DNA from: Antedon mediterranea
Taxonomy: Eukaryota; Animalia; Echinodermata
Assembly (NCBI RefSeq): GCF_964355755.1
Contig: NC_092674.1
Span: 3,100,001-3,164,000 of the forward strand
Direction: 5' to 3'
Length of the DNA: 64,000 bases
The notes under the pieces were generated by a model that ran no database searches, was not told where the DNA came from, and was given only the letters and a program-made list of their open reading frames with translations. Of this stretch, positions 39,463-53,878 are shown one piece after another; the first letter of the stretch is position 1, and each line of letters starts with the position of its first letter. The position numbers and the translations under genes are program-made.

Positions 39463-42398
39463 CTAGATGGCAATCAGGCCCGTAACCAGGGGGGGATCGG
39501 GGGGATCGTACGATCCCCCCCGCTGAACAGCGAGTTCCGCTTGGCCTCCCACTTTTTTTTTGCTGGGCATACTAACACAACACGACGATTGTTCACTACA
39601 GGCCTAGTCAAGCCTTAATAAATTTAATTAATATATATATATATATATTTTAACTAAAATATAAAAACCTAACACTAAAATTTACATGATAAGTTCTATT
39701 TGATAACTGCTGAACATCGTGGTTCTGGAGCTAGCGAGCTGTACACAGAGCATAGTTGTTGTTTGGTTGACATAACAGGGTATTCCCCTACACAGGTCTC
39801 CGCGTGCGTGTGACGTGTCCAGCCAGCTGCTTGATAGAGAAAGCATGCAGCTCACAACGCAAGTGCAAGATGCAATGGTTGAGTGAATTCAGGGATCATC
39901 TTAATTCCATGGTTTTTACCTAAACACCACCACATGATGGTGAATATGCCTGTTAAAGTCTCAATGATACGATCCCTAATGAACCATGTTGTTGCTAGGA
40001 GGCTTGAAAGGAGGAGGGATCTAGCCTAATTTCGGTCGGCAAGAGAATGCCGTCCTTATTAAGTACAATAAAAACAAAGGCTAGGACTGTATAGTGCCTA
40101 TGAAAATTATCCCGTTAGGGCTAAATTTTATTAAAACGTATTACTATTAAAATATTAACAATGCTGCAGCATTTCATGACCCTTGTTGTTTTATTTGCTT
40201 TCCCGTCGATGATTCTCATAAAACACATCGCGATGACATCATGACAAAAGAGGTGTTTTGTTTTTTTCAAAATCACTAAATATAATGTAATCGAGCTGGA
40301 CCGCTAATTTTTAAACGATCGTTTAAACCAGGTCGTTGAATTGAATATGCCGTGATTTTAATTGTCAAAAACATGACCGTCAGTCGATGGCTCGGAGTTT
40401 CGATAAATCTCGCGTCGCATGTGTTGCGTGGTGAAAACACTCTCAGCAAGTTTGCTTCATTAATATTCATGAGACTCTGTGACGACCCGCTTTAACGTGA
40501 CGTCATTTTACTTTAGCTGCATGCGAAGTATAGTGACCGCGATCGACCCGGCGCGCGTGTAAAAAAATAATACCGGCCTAGGTATTAAAAGAACAGGCAA
40601 GTTGTTAGCTTGCTTTTGGTACCCTAGGTAAGTATCAGCTGCATATTCCACATGTCGTAATTTGCGAGCTTTAGAGTGTTTGGTAAATGACATTATGAGA
40701 TGTTTGTAAATCGTTTTAAACGACTTACAATGCGCTAGAACGCCAAAATTTCCAGGGGCCGTCGGCCCCTGGATCCCTTGGCGGCCCCCTGGCCCCCAGC
40801 CAATGTTTGCTCGCTTCGCTCGCAAAGCTACGCCACCCCTATTTCAATATCCTGGATCCGCCCCTGGGTTCCACTAAACAACTTAACGATCCACCCCGCC
40901 GCCAAACCTGGTTACGGCCCTGGCAATCTCGCGTACCATCTATAGGTCGTGCCCACGGATGGTTCAATTCTCGAATACATATTAATTTCAGCGTAAAAAA
41001 AATGGTGATTTCAAATGTACGTACCGTATGACTATAACACATTGTCGTTTACAGAAACAAATAAATAGACACAATGATTTATGTAGTCAACCAAAATTAG
41101 CACCCTGTGTGTTTTTTGTATCTAACATTAGGTTTGAGGGTTGGGGATGAGGATAGATACAAAGAGGACCAATTTTTTAATATATTCTTTATATTAAATT
41201 ATTCTTTATATTTCGTTATTATCCACTCAGTAACGAAACATTTTTTCATGTTTTATAGGCCTTTAAATAGTATACCACTAAATAGAGTAAAACATTTCGA
41301 TTTAATACTTTGTTACAGTTAAAACTGTCACTGTCATAGTCGATTGAAATAGTAAAGTACATGTAACGATACACCACTACGACGTTTATATTTTTTGTAA
41401 TTATTAATTAATACAAACGTTGAGAAGCAACTGTCAGTAATAAAGTATTATGTGTTTAAAATCTAAAAGTAGGGGATACCCACACTCACAGTAATAAAGT
41501 TTATTTGTATATTTGTTTATATTTATCTAACAGTACCAATACTCACAATAAGAAACTTGCGATTCAAATGGCGATCAAAAGTGGTTACCTATTTACAGTA
41601 TTGTATAGCATTTCAATACTATTTATGTTTATTCTCTAAGCGCCCATACATTTACCTACTTGTGTTAAACCATGGAGGTATGCATCCATGGTTATTAAAC
41701 CAAATAATTTGGAATGTTCCATTCATCGCAAAAATATGGAACAATTTACCAATTAATATTAAATCGGCACCAACAATTACGTCCTTTAAGGCTAGATACA
41801 AATCTCATTTCTTTTCATAAAAAAACTGACATGTATTATATTTAATTAAGTTTCTCTTTTGTATATTTTGATTAAGACAGGACCACAATGTAAAACAGAT
41901 ACACTGTTATCTGATTGTTTTATCCTGTATAAATATATTATTTATTATTATTATTATTATAATACATTTGTAAGTATAATATTTAAATCTATCAAAATAG
42001 TATTTTTTAAAGAAAATCGGCCTGTCTTCAACATTATGATGCTGTACTCGAGCTGTTCAACCGGTTTTTAGCCATTAAAAACAGTTATCGTAGGAGGAGA
42101 TAGGAAAATGCGAAGCATCCTCGTATTATTGTCTGCGGGTATTTTTCAAGATGGACATCCATTAGACAGTGTATACCACGATCGGAAAACACCCCTTTGG
42201 GGCAAATCGTTGAACCTAAGTTTGTTTTAATCGTCAATAACTAATTATCGAACTCAATTTAATTAGCAAACAGGGTTACATCAGGTGGTTAAAATCAGTA
42301 CCGAAAGTACGAACCAACTTTATATACCATCGAGTAAACATTCTAGAAATAACGCGCGATTTACCGAATTTTGCCCTTACGTAAATTTCTATATTAGA
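39463..42398 (-). mobile_element. Non-autonomous Helitron, copy 2, interrupted by a TIR element and a LINE 3' fragment
   Basis: ctagatggca at 39463; homology to copy 1 resumes at ~40928 (ctcgcgtaccatc) and runs to gaattttgcccttacgtaaattt near 42390; LINE-like insert ~41727-41963. Confidence 0.72.
39475..40922. mobile_element. Non-autonomous TIR DNA transposon with hAT-like termini
   Basis: TIRs caggcccgtaaccagg / cctggttacggccctg; flanking direct repeat gcaat on both sides. Confidence 0.75.
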
Positions 42399-43823
42399 CT
42401 AGTCCAGATAGTCATATTTCCACTCTAATAAGATGCAGGGAATAATTTCGCCAGTGTAGCATAGCAAAAAGCTATACAAAACAACCTTTTTGCTACACAT
42501 TTCTACAATTGTGTAGCAAAAAATACAATACAAAACTATGTTTCTTGACTAAAAAATCAATTTGATTAGCAATTTTGCTAAACAAAATTTTCATATGAAA
42601 TTTTTACCTGAGATGCTGTAGGCATTTCGTGTTAAAAGCGAATAAACATGTGTTTTAGGGTAATTTAGGGGTGCTGAATTCAAATTTGCTGTTTACCCAG
42701 CTCAATTTTTAGATCTTCACCCTTAAAATGTGAAAAACAAAATGGCCGCCATTTCAGACTTATTTTGGCTTATAACGTGACTTTTAAGTGACGTAGCAAG
42801 TTAAAAATGGTGTCTATACCTATGTTTGTGATAGTGAAGATTCCAACTATATTGTTATTAAAGTTGCAAATATTCTATTTCAGCCGCCATGTTGAAATCC
42901 AAGATGGCCGCCATTTTAAACGTATTTTGGCTTATAACTTGACTTTTAATTAACATAGCAAGTTAAAAATAGTTTCTATACCTATGTTTGTGATACTGAG
43001 GATTCCAAATATATTGTTATTAAAATTGTAAATATTCTATTTCAGCCTCCATGATGGAATTTAAGATGGTCGCCATTTAAAACGTATTTTGGCTTATAAC
43101 TTAACATATAAGTAACATAGTAGGTTAGAAATGATGTCCATACAGTACCTATGTTTGTGATACTGAGGATTCCAAATATATTGTTATTAAAGTTGTAAAT
43201 ATTCTATTTCAGTCGCCATGTTGGAATTCAAGATGGTCGCCATTTAAAACGTATTTTGGCTTATAACTTGACATATAAGTAACATAGTAGGTTAGAAATG
43301 ATGTCTATACAGTACCTATGTTTGTGATACTGAGGATTCCAAATATATTGTTATTGAAGTTGTAAACAGCCGCCATGTTGAAATCAAAGATGGCGCCTAT
43401 TTTAAACACACACACAGGGTAGTAACAAAGTGCGAGGCAAACAAACAAATGAAAATGAAAAACTCACAAAGGGATTGTTCTTTATGTGTAAAATATTTTA
43501 AAACGAGATAGATGATAATGATGATCATTGTCAAGTGTTTAGAAAAATATAAGAAAATTAATGAAAAAAGGAGGTAATACGGAATTCATAAATGTAAAAA
43601 TGTTACTGATGACATTTGGAATTAACAAAAATGTGTTAAATAATATAATTTAAGGACATGAGATAATAGGAATGTGAATAAAAGTAGTGTTTGCGCCACA
43701 AAAGAGAAAAAAATATATATATACAGTATATAAACATCACAGAATAAATTCTAATCCGCCCGATATAATGAAATTTGATTAATTAGAAAAAATAAAAATG
43801 ACGAAACCTGTGAGAATGAGAAA

Positions 43824-43897
43824 AAGCCCTCTCCGAGATTCAAACCCGGAACCTTCTGCTTGATATGCAGATCTCCTAACCATTAGACCACTGGGGT
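43824..43897 (-). pseudogene. tRNA-like sequence (pseudo-tRNA or SINE head) inside the 4.7-kb element
   Basis: ccccagtggtctaatggttaggagatctgcatatcaagcagaaggttccgggtttgaatctcggagaggg; D and T arms recognisable, acceptor stem and loops degenerate. Confidence 0.45.
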
Positions 43898-44192
43898 TTT
43901 CATTGTATTGTTCTAATTCGATTGTGCGAGGCACACCAAATATAAGTGTGAGGCATGCGAGGCATATAGTTTACAATTTCAAAAAGGTGCGAGGCATAGT
44001 TTACAATTTCAAAAAGGTGCGAGGCATTTCTTAACGTACTATTATGCTATATTATAGGCCTAATAATTAATTATTTATATTTTTAAAATAGGCCTAGCGT
44101 ATCGAAATAGATTCGTGTATACACTCATCATGCTATGTTGTTTATTTTTATGTAACGATTGTTTTTTTCATTCAAGTCATATCGTGTATAAA

Positions 44193-44370
44193 GGGTCTTT
44201 CACACCTGTTCCGGCACGGTTCCGGTCCGGCGCCGGAAAATCCAATCGAACGCCAATGTTTCGTTTTCACGCGGCTACGCACATATCGATTGGCGCATAG
44301 CCGCGTGAAAACGAAACATTGATGTTCGATTCGCCGGACCGGAACCGTGCCGGAACAGGTGTGAAAGACC
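44193..44370. mobile_element. Palindromic MITE (ggtctttcacacctgttccggcacgg), nested in the 4.7-kb element
   Basis: Long inverted repeat; a second copy lies at 53634-53797 in the opposite orientation. Confidence 0.8.
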
Positions 44371-47112
44371 ATTAAGGCTGGTATAAGTTGACTACAATGT
44401 TTGTTCATAATGATAATGAAAGAGTTGGTCAAAAAGACTTCACAGAATTAATTCAATACAACAACGTATTTATATCAAAACATTTCTCGGATTAGAAATA
44501 GATTGTAAAATCAGTATAATAATAATATATAAATTGAGAAAACTGCTAAAAAGTAGTGTATAATTTATTTTATTTATGCATTGATATTACACCATATATT
44601 AATGATTGTTGTGAAATTTGGGGTAACACTTATAAAAGTACAGTACAAAATGTTTACAAAAAAAAAGGTACTGTAATTTATAAAATTATCAATAGTGTAA
44701 GATGATAGCATTAGCCATAGTAGTAAATGATACTGGATACCAGAGGAAGTAGAGGTTTCGTTTTGAGGTTTTTTCATCTACAGTTATATATAATGCCTTC
44801 AATTCAGAATAAGGAAATAGAATTAAGCTTCACGGCCAAACTGATAAAACTAAAACAAAGTGGAATGCGTCAATTTCTCATGCATTTATTGGTGAAAAAC
44901 ACGTTTAATCTCAATATATTTGTTAATTTGTCAATAAAAATGCTGTAATATGTTACTGCTGATACTGTTCTGTTTTCAAAGAATAATAATTGATCCTAAA
45001 TTTTGGGAAATGATAAAATGATGCCTCGCATTTTTTGACGATGGTAAAACGATGCCTCGCATAAATTTCTGACTTGCCTTGCTTTTGCGCATATCCTAGG
45101 CCTGTTGTGCATGTAGTTCTCTGTGCCCTGGGGACCTGTGAACACCTGCACATAGCCGGCCTAGCCCATTAAACAATTATTACGCAATAAACATTAAGCT
45201 ATATATGCTTTGCAATTAGTGGTAATATGTAGGCCTACACACATAAATATAAGTTTAATTTATAGTATAATAATTAGATATCAAATTAATAGTTTTCATA
45301 CAATAATATCGTGGATTTATATAGCGCCTAATGTTGTGAAACATTATTACCCCAGTCTATTGGATCAAACGTGTATGGAAACATCCAAAATTGAAATGAC
45401 ACATGAAATAAATAATGTCATATTGCAGTTTTTGGTATAACAAGTGAGCATCTTCATCTGCAATCAAAGTTGCTATTTCATTGCCAGAATTTTACCTGTT
45501 TGGTGACCAAGTCAACAACTTTTTTGGCTTATATTATAATGCTGTTTCCAAGATTCATCGAGCATAAAGGACATTATATTGTGCCAACAAGGATGAAGAA
45601 CCATCAGTTAAAGATACTGCATATCAACGGTATTCAAAGGGTTTGGGTAATTTTCTAACTTGCCATCACTACCGGTGACCGGTAAACAAGCTTTGTTCTT
45701 ATGTCATCCACACCAGCATTTGTTATAAATCTTTATGAATTTGAAATAATTTGAAATGGTGAATAAATTGATAATTGGTACTTAATTACAGTATTTAAAT
45801 TTCTACAACAAGCAGTATTTAACTTCCTTGGCAAAAAATTTCAGGAAATGGAATCGAAACTTTGAATGCAGATGGAGCATTAAATCTATTAGGGGCCTAC
45901 TATTACTTTGCCATCATTAATAAAATATTTTAAGATAGAAGAAGCAATATAGTGGAAAAATCTGTAGTTAAAGAAAACACTGGGGAGCAAATGGCAACAT
46001 CTTCAATGGCATTTCGAATGAGAAACGATCTGTACTTGCAAAGAAACAAAGATATGAATTATGAATGAATTCGAAACATGCATCTTTTGTTCAGTCCAAA
46101 ATTAACAAGACATCTGATTAATAATAATTAATAGTAATTCACTTAGAGTAGGTGGTCTATATTAGTAAAACCAACCGTTAAGGAGATAATATACAGGGCT
46201 TCAAAATGGTAAATGGCGGCCATTTTTAATTTATGCTAATGAACCCACTTCACGATGTCCAATTTTGGTAAACTTTGGATATGATGTTAATTTGGACCAT
46301 ATCAACCAGACAAAACAAAAACAAATTATGTTGCAATTTGTTCTAGGTTCAACCATACTTTTACTGGACTATAGGTATAAACCATTTTTAACTTGCTATG
46401 AATAATTAAAAGTCAAGTTATAAGCCAAAATACGTTTAAAATGATGGCGGCCATCTTGGATTTAAACATGGCGGCTGAAATAGAATATTTACAACTTTAA
46501 TAACAATATATTTGGAATCCTCTGTATCACAAACATAGGTACTGTATATAGACATCATTTCTAACCTACTATGTTACTTATATGTCAAGTTATAAGTCAA
46601 AATACGTTTTAAATGGCGACCATCTTGAATTCCAACATGGAAGCTGAAGTAGAATATTTACAACTTTAATAACAATATATTTGGAATCCTCAGTATCACA
46701 AACATAGGTATAGAAACTATTTTTAACTTGCTATGTTAATTAAAAGTCAAGTTATAAGCCAAAATACGTTTAAAATGGCGGCCATCTTGGATTTCAACAT
46801 GGCGGCTGAAATAGAATATTTGCAACTTTAATAACAATATAGTTGGAATCTTCACTATCACAAACATAGGTATAGACACCATTTTTAACTTGCTACGTCA
46901 CTTAAAAGTCAAGTTATAAGCCAAAATAAGTCTGAAATGGCGGCCATTTTGTTTTTCACATTTTAAGGGTGAAGATCTAAAAATTGAGCCGGGTAAACAG
47001 CAAATTTGAATTCAGCACCCCTAAATTACCCTAAAACACATGTTTATTCGCTTTTAACACGAAATGCCTACAGCATTTCATTTTTCTCAAATCTGGACTA
47101 TAGTCTATATAA

Positions 47113-48818
47113 CTATAGATGGTACGCTCGCTTCGCTCGCGTACCATCTAGGTCGTGCCCACAACAGATGGTTCTCGAATACACAGTAATTTCAGCGTAA
47201 AAAAATGCTTTTTTTTTAATGTACGTACTGCAGGACGATAATAGTTATTGTCGTTTACAGAAATGAATAAATAGACACGATGATTTATGTATTAAACTGA
47301 AATTAGCACACTGGGAATTACTTCCGAAAGAGAAACTTGTCACAAAATGAGTCCAAATTTGTTATTTGGACGCATTTAAACAAACCCAATTTGTGTTTTG
47401 TGTGTAACATTAGGGTTGAGGGATGGGGAAGAGGATATGGGTACAAACAATGTTTTAATATATTCTTTATCTACTCAGTAACGAAATATGTTTTTCATGT
47501 TTGATAGGCCTATAAATAATATACCACTTGATACAGTAACACATTTGCAATTTAATACTTTGTTAAAACTGTCACTGTTAATGTTATAGTCGATTGAAAT
47601 AGCATGTACATGTAACGATACACGTACCACTACAACGTTTATATTCTTTGTAATTATTAATTAATACAAACGTTGAGAAGCAACTGTCAGTAGTACAGTT
47701 TATTTGTACAGTATATTGCTTCGCTCGCGTACCATCTAGGTCGTGCCCACAGACGGTTCTCGAATACACAGTCATTTCAGCGTAAAATTAAATGTACGTA
47801 CTGCAGTATGGGCGGCCATTAGGGCCAAAATAGACAAACGTTCCCGTACGAACAATTCCGCTCGTAGTTTACAGAAACGAATAAATAGACACGATGGTTT
47901 ATGTATTAAACTAAAATTAGCACACTGGGAATTACTTCCGAAAGAGAAACTTGTCACAAAATGAGTCCAGATTTGTTATTTGGACTCATACTTTGTTAAA
48001 ACTGTCATAGTCGATTGAAATAGCATAGTACATGTAACGATACACGTACCACTACAACGTTTATATTCTTTGTAATTATTAATTAATACAAACGTTGAGA
48101 AGCAACTGTCAGTACTACAGTTTATTTGTATATTGTACGTTCTATATAACAGTAGGGCCTACTCACACTCACAGTAATACGTTTATTTGTGCATGATTGT
48201 GTTATACATCTAACAGTACCCACACTCACAGTAAATTCTATGGCGACCACAAATGTTAATACGTATTTACAGTAATGTCCAAGTATTGCAATACTATATC
48301 TATATATAGGTTTTAGGTTAATTCCCCAAGGGCCAATAAATTTACCTACAGCTGGTGGTACTTGTGTTAAAGCAAAGAGTTATATTGGAAAGTTCCATTC
48401 ATCGGAAATCAATACATTTGTATAAACGTATATTAATCGGCCTGTCTTCAACATTATGATGCTGTACTCGAGCTGTTCAATCGGTTTTCAGCCATTAAAA
48501 ACAATTATCGTAGGAGGAGATAGGAAAATGCGAAGCATCTTCGTATATTGTCTGCGGGTATTTTTCAAGACGGACATCCATTAGACAGTGTATACCACGA
48601 TCGAAAAACACCCCTATTTGGGGCAAATCGTTGAACCTAAATTCGTTGTAATCGTCAATAACTAATTATCTAACTTAATTTAATTAGTAAACAGGGTTAC
48701 ATCAGGTGGTTAAAATCAGTACCGAAAGTACGAACCAACTTTATATACCATCGAGTAAACATTCTAGAAATAACGCGCGATTTACCGAATTTTGCCCTTA
48801 CGTAAATTTATATATAGA
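47113..48818 (-). mobile_element. Non-autonomous Helitron, copy 3, with partially duplicated 3' region
   Basis: gatggtacgctcgcttcgctcgcgtacc at ~47118, repeated at ~47718; ends gcccttacgtaaatttatatataga at 48818. Confidence 0.72.
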
Positions 48819-49377
48819 AGATACGATATCTATGTTTGAATGCGTATTACCATTTATCACTAGGGTGATGGTCATGTTTATAATTATTTCTGTGAACTTT
48901 TTAATGAGTAGGCGGTAATTACAAAGTCTGAAAATGTTGAAACATGTATAAAACAATATATTTAATTATAATTGTGGACATTACTTTTAGTAATAATGGT
49001 TTGAGATCCCTTTATAATGGCCGATGATAAGACTTGGGTTACATGTTGGTATGCCTAAAGTACAGCTCACAAATCACTGTTTGGTTGCAATTTTTGCACA
49101 AAGAGAATCGAGAAATATATGATACTGTACAGGGCCATTTACCAAATATACATATACATAGTTATTTCATCGTGTTTGTAGTATATAAGCCTATGATTGT
49201 TATCTATCGGCTATTAACTTAGCAGATAACAATAAAAATAATACACCAAACATCGATCAATCAGTATAAGATTTTCCTGAATCGAGAAATATGATACATT
49301 TATCAAATATGATCTTAGAGAGAAAGAAAAAAAGAAATAAGAAATAAATGCTAAAATAGTTTGGTTTCTTAGTTAAT

Positions 49378-49607
49378 TGATGGTTAGTATTCGTAGTTAA
49401 TTGATGGTCAGTATTCTTGATGGTTAGTATTCTTGATGGTCAGTATTCTTGATGGTCAGTATTCTTGATGGTCAGTATTCTTGATGGTCAGTATTCTTGA
49501 TAGTCAGTATTCTTGATGGTCAGTTTTCTTGATGGTCAGTATTCTTGATGGTCAGTATTCTTGATGGTCAGTATTCTTGATGGTCAGTATTCTTGATGGT
49601 CAGTATT
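49378..49607 (+). repeat. 16-bp minisatellite
   Basis: (ttgatggtcagtattc)n, about 14 copies. Confidence 0.9.
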
Positions 49608-50107
49608 ATTATTTACAATTAAATAAATTATATAGTTTGTTTAAGTTTGTTTGTTTCTATTATAGTGGAATCTAAAAGGTTTTAAGAATTTAGCCTGAAA
49701 AATTGCACTCCTTTCTTATTGTGTTCATTATTATTATAAACATAAGCAAACATTTACCCGGTATACTTGTCAGCAATAAACCGTGACGAAGTCGGGACAG
49801 TTTGACAACGAAAAAAAAAACACTTTCTTTTCAAAGACTTGTGGTTGAGGTATAACTCTAGCTCAAAAAAACCTTTAGAAGCCAGCAACGAAAGCCTAAT
49901 TTCAAATGTTTGTTCCAATTCAATAAATGATTCTGGTTTTTTTCGTAGTTGAAAATAAGATTTAAAAAAGAAATAATTATTGCAAGTGTAAGAAATATTG
50001 CCTCACTTGTCTGGAATTTTGTTTTATTTAATCATAATCAAATTTAAAGTGTCCAGGCTCTGGTCAATATAATAGATTAATGCCTGTTTTGATATCTTTC
50101 AGGCAAA

Positions 50108-51642
50108 ATGGTGAGCTTAGGTCGAAATCGGAACTGGCTTGTTTGTGGTATTTCACTTCTTTGTGTAATATTATACTTCAACAAACAGTAAGTACACGTT
50201 CTTAACACTACGAAGACGCTAAAAAATGGGATATTTGTTACGAAAAATCTGAGACAAAATTGGATTATGTCTCAGACAGACGTTTGCAATTTGGACAATG
50301 ACAACAAACGACGACAATTACCTCCCGGACTGCTGCCATAAAAACAACTACCCACTTGGATTGGACAACCAGCCCTTTGACAATCACCCCATAGAACAAT
50401 CACTCCTAAAACAAATATGCCAAGACTGTTCCCGGACTCTATGACAACCAACCCACATTTAAACCAACTGACCATCCATACCACATAACAGGTATATATT
50501 ATTATAAAATAAATTATCGTTTTTACAGGGAGGACATACACAATGATGTTCTAAAAATAGATGTGATTAAGATTGAAGATCACAAAATGGAGAACATTCC
50601 AAGCAAAACAGCCAGAAGTTCCAGTATAAATCAAGAAAACAAGATTTACACAGCGAAACAACAACAATACGAGGTTTGCAAACCGAAGCAGCAAATATTG
50701 TTTTTGAAAACACATAAAACTGGAAGTTCGACCTTAACTTCTATTCTACAAGTGTATGGGTTTTTAAGAAATCTTACTTTTGCCGTTCCAAAAACCGGTG
50801 CACAAATATTGAGCAGAGGCTTCTTCAAGACGAAACAAGTTCGTCCTGGAAAATACGATATGTTAGTGAATCATGCTAGGTATAACAAACCAGAAATGGA
50901 AAAAGTTATGAAACCAAACACAACATACATTACAATAATAAGGGACCCAAGCACACAGATTGAATCAAACTTTGGATACTTTCGACTTAGTGGCAAATTT
51001 AAACTTGGAAACATGTCAAACCCATTTCAGACATTTGCAGAAAATCCTTCATATTACTGGACCAGGTACCGAAAAACTTCTTTCCGCAATTATATGAAGA
51101 ATCCAAATTTATATGATTTAGGTTTGACAGAATCTCAACAAGAAGACAGAGATGTAGTCGAGAAATTCATTGCTAAAATAGCCAAAGAATTCGATCTTGT
51201 TCTTATTCAAGAATATTTCAACGAATCTTTACTTTTGTTGAAAAAACTAATGTGCTGGGAAATAGACGACATCTTGTATTTGTCAAAGGGAAAACGGAGT
51301 AAAAAAATTCGGTTCGATATTGATCAGTCACTTAGGGAGTCAATTCGTAAATGGAGCTGGGGAGATGTACTGTTGTATGATCACTTTAACAAAACGTTGT
51401 GGAGTAAAATACGAGATTACGGTCCATCTTTTCAAGCGGATCTTGCAGAATTAGAACTGAACTTAAACCGAATTTTACATAATTGTACCGTACCAGATGT
51501 TGTCCTTGACAACCGCCGTGAAACGTACTTTAAATTAAACAAAAAAGGGGCGCCAAAGTGTACCCATATGTTAAGGAACGATTTGAAGTTTACTAAATTG
51601 ATAAGGATCGCTCAATATGGTGAAGAGGAGACAATTAGATAA
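50108..51642 (+). CDS. Galactose-3-O-sulfotransferase family protein, copy 4
   Basis: TM exon 50108-50187 (MVSLGRNRNWLVCGISLLCVILYF) plus catalytic exon 50529-51642; PAPS-binding motifs intact. Confidence 0.92.
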
Positions 51643-52594
51643 ACTATAAAAAAACATTAAATTTACAGATATACATTTGGGATTTTAAAGACAATGTTTG
51701 TAATAAAGGGATTGTTGTCTGGAAAAAGAACATTCATGAAATAATAATTAAATTTCAAACTTGAATGAAATTTTAATTGCAAATAAAAATTACTGTACTA
51801 ATATAAACTATCGTATCTCTGTTATGTTATGTAAACTATGTGTTTGTACACATGCGTGTACAAACATGCACATGTAAACATGTTTATGCATTGTAAACAA
51901 CTATGGGTATATTGCAATCTAAAATATTTTGAAAAATAAGCTATAGACTATACAGTATATATATTTATTTAATAGTTAAGGGACATCACAATGTAAATAA
52001 AAATATGATCAAATCGGTGGACATATGGATATAGCCATAATGACAATTATAATTTGTATTCTAAAACAAAATTTGACCTGATATTTTAAATTGAAAATTA
52101 AATTTACCATACGTTGTTTTTAATATTTTGCATCTGTAGTGATTATGTAGTGGATTATTATATATCAATAAATGTCAGTGTGTCAAATCAATATTCAGTC
52201 TGTATGGAGTATAGACTCTGACAAAAAATCGTAAGCTTTGTCTACACTAACAAACTTTATGTGCACATCACACTTTTTTGTCACATAACGTTTGATAGTG
52301 TAAACAGAGCTTTAGAAGAAAAACATAAAAGATAATTGTTAGTTCATGGAAATACTTAAGTATTATAAGTGGCTATAGGAATGACCTTGTATAAAAGTAC
52401 AGATGCTTCGTTGATTTTATCCATTTATTTTTCTTATTACACTTTATTAATAGAGGGTGACCCTACGAAAGCCTATTAGGGCCAACAAAATGAAAAGCAA
52501 TATTATTTTTTTGTTGGTCCTAATAGGCTTTCGTATGACGACCCTAAACAGCGTATGCTGACAATCTTTTGATGAGTTATGATAAGTGTCTGTA

Positions 52595-52822
52595 TGTGAC
52601 AGTGGCTGTGTGTCTAGTACACTCGTCTCGAAAGATGTAGGCCTAGTAGGTTCTTTAAAGTGCCAATGAGCCAGATGTGTACACTGGACCTACGGTTTAT
52701 AGTCCATCCGAGAAGACTCGTTCTACCACCAGAACCATATAGAGCGAGTGAGGCTCAAACCCTTGCCGATGTTAATATGGAAAGGTATTACGGTTCCACT
52801 GTCTTAACCGCTTGGCCACTTA
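52595..52822 (-). mobile_element. tRNA-derived SINE
   Basis: Minus strand: A box agtggccaagcggttaag, B-box-like gggtttgagcc, central domain ggactataaaccgtaggtcc...gcactttaaagaacc (Meta-SINE-like). Confidence 0.65.
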
Positions 52823-53633
52823 CCGATAATATTGATTCGTTGCAATTTTACAGAAACAAACATAGAAATAACTAGCCTAAACCTTCCTTGTGTAATATTA
52901 CAAATGAAAAACTAAATTACAGATTGATATAGGCCTATGTAGTTTTATAAAAATTATCATTATATCTCTAGTTTACACAGAAAACATTATTTTTTTTTAT
53001 CGAAAACCCCTGTATTCACATTACATATTTATTTTCACATTCTTATTTTTTAAAATTACCATTAACAGGGTTGAAAGTAATAAAATATAATAATATATAT
53101 AAGCAAAAATCAACAGAAAGCAAGACAACATTTATATATTACTGACATGAGACAAAACCTTGTGACGGAAACAAGGAAGTGAATAAAAAAAAATATCAAC
53201 AGATCCATGAACTTTACAATGTATTACATATCATCATATCACATGTTTTTAGTATAATTAAATTGTATTGATTGATTATGTGTAGTGTATGGTATCCCGT
53301 GGTGGTACAAGGTTAATATTAGCAAAACTGGTCTTTTTGACTGCCTTTGTTATTAGCTACCACCAACGAGTTGATATTGATCGCAATACATTCTGATTGG
53401 ACGGTATCGATATAAAACAGTGTGTAGTCGAACGTCTGGAGGCTTTTAGAGATGTAGTCCTACAAAAAAAACGAAGCTACAGCTTTTTTATGCAGGATCT
53501 CTGTTTTCAGTTGTACTGTAATTATGATGTACTGTAATTGATGCCTAAATAAATGTGGAATAAATGAAAATGAAATAGTCGGAACTTATTTATTTGTCTT
53601 GTAGTAGACCAAAACGTAGATCTTCGACTAAAT

Positions 53634-53797
53634 GGTCTTCCACACCGGTTCCAGTCCGGTCCGGCGAATCGAAAAAATCAGTGTTTCGTTTTCACGATGC
53701 TCTAATACGTAGCCGCGTGAAATCGAAACATTGACGTTCGATTGGATTTTCCGGTGCCGGACCATCGAAACCATGCCGGAACATGTGTGAAAGACCC
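53634..53797. mobile_element. Palindromic MITE, same family as 44193-44370
   Basis: ggtcttccacacc ... gtgtgaaagacc. Confidence 0.7.
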
Positions 53798-53878
53798 TTA
53801 AAATACCCTTTAGGCCTGGTAAAAACTAAAGATAGATGTTTAAGATGAACACTGAATTACTCGTAATCAATGTTGTTA

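Larger units (their letters stand above)
42400..47100. mobile_element. 4.7-kb TIR/foldback DNA element with TAG...CTA termini (possibly Academ-like)
   Basis: Termini tagtccagat / atctggacta; ~700-bp subterminal inverted arms (42612-43400 vs 46370-47078) built from ~170-bp caagatggccgcc units; no intact ORF. Confidence 0.7.

Noticed and set aside
43824-43897. Functional tRNA gene
   Set aside because: Poor acceptor stem and non-canonical loops; embedded in a transposon.
45400-46100. Transposase relic inside the 4.7-kb element
   Set aside because: The frames I translated have multiple stops and no motif I recognise; a tblastx/HMM search is needed.
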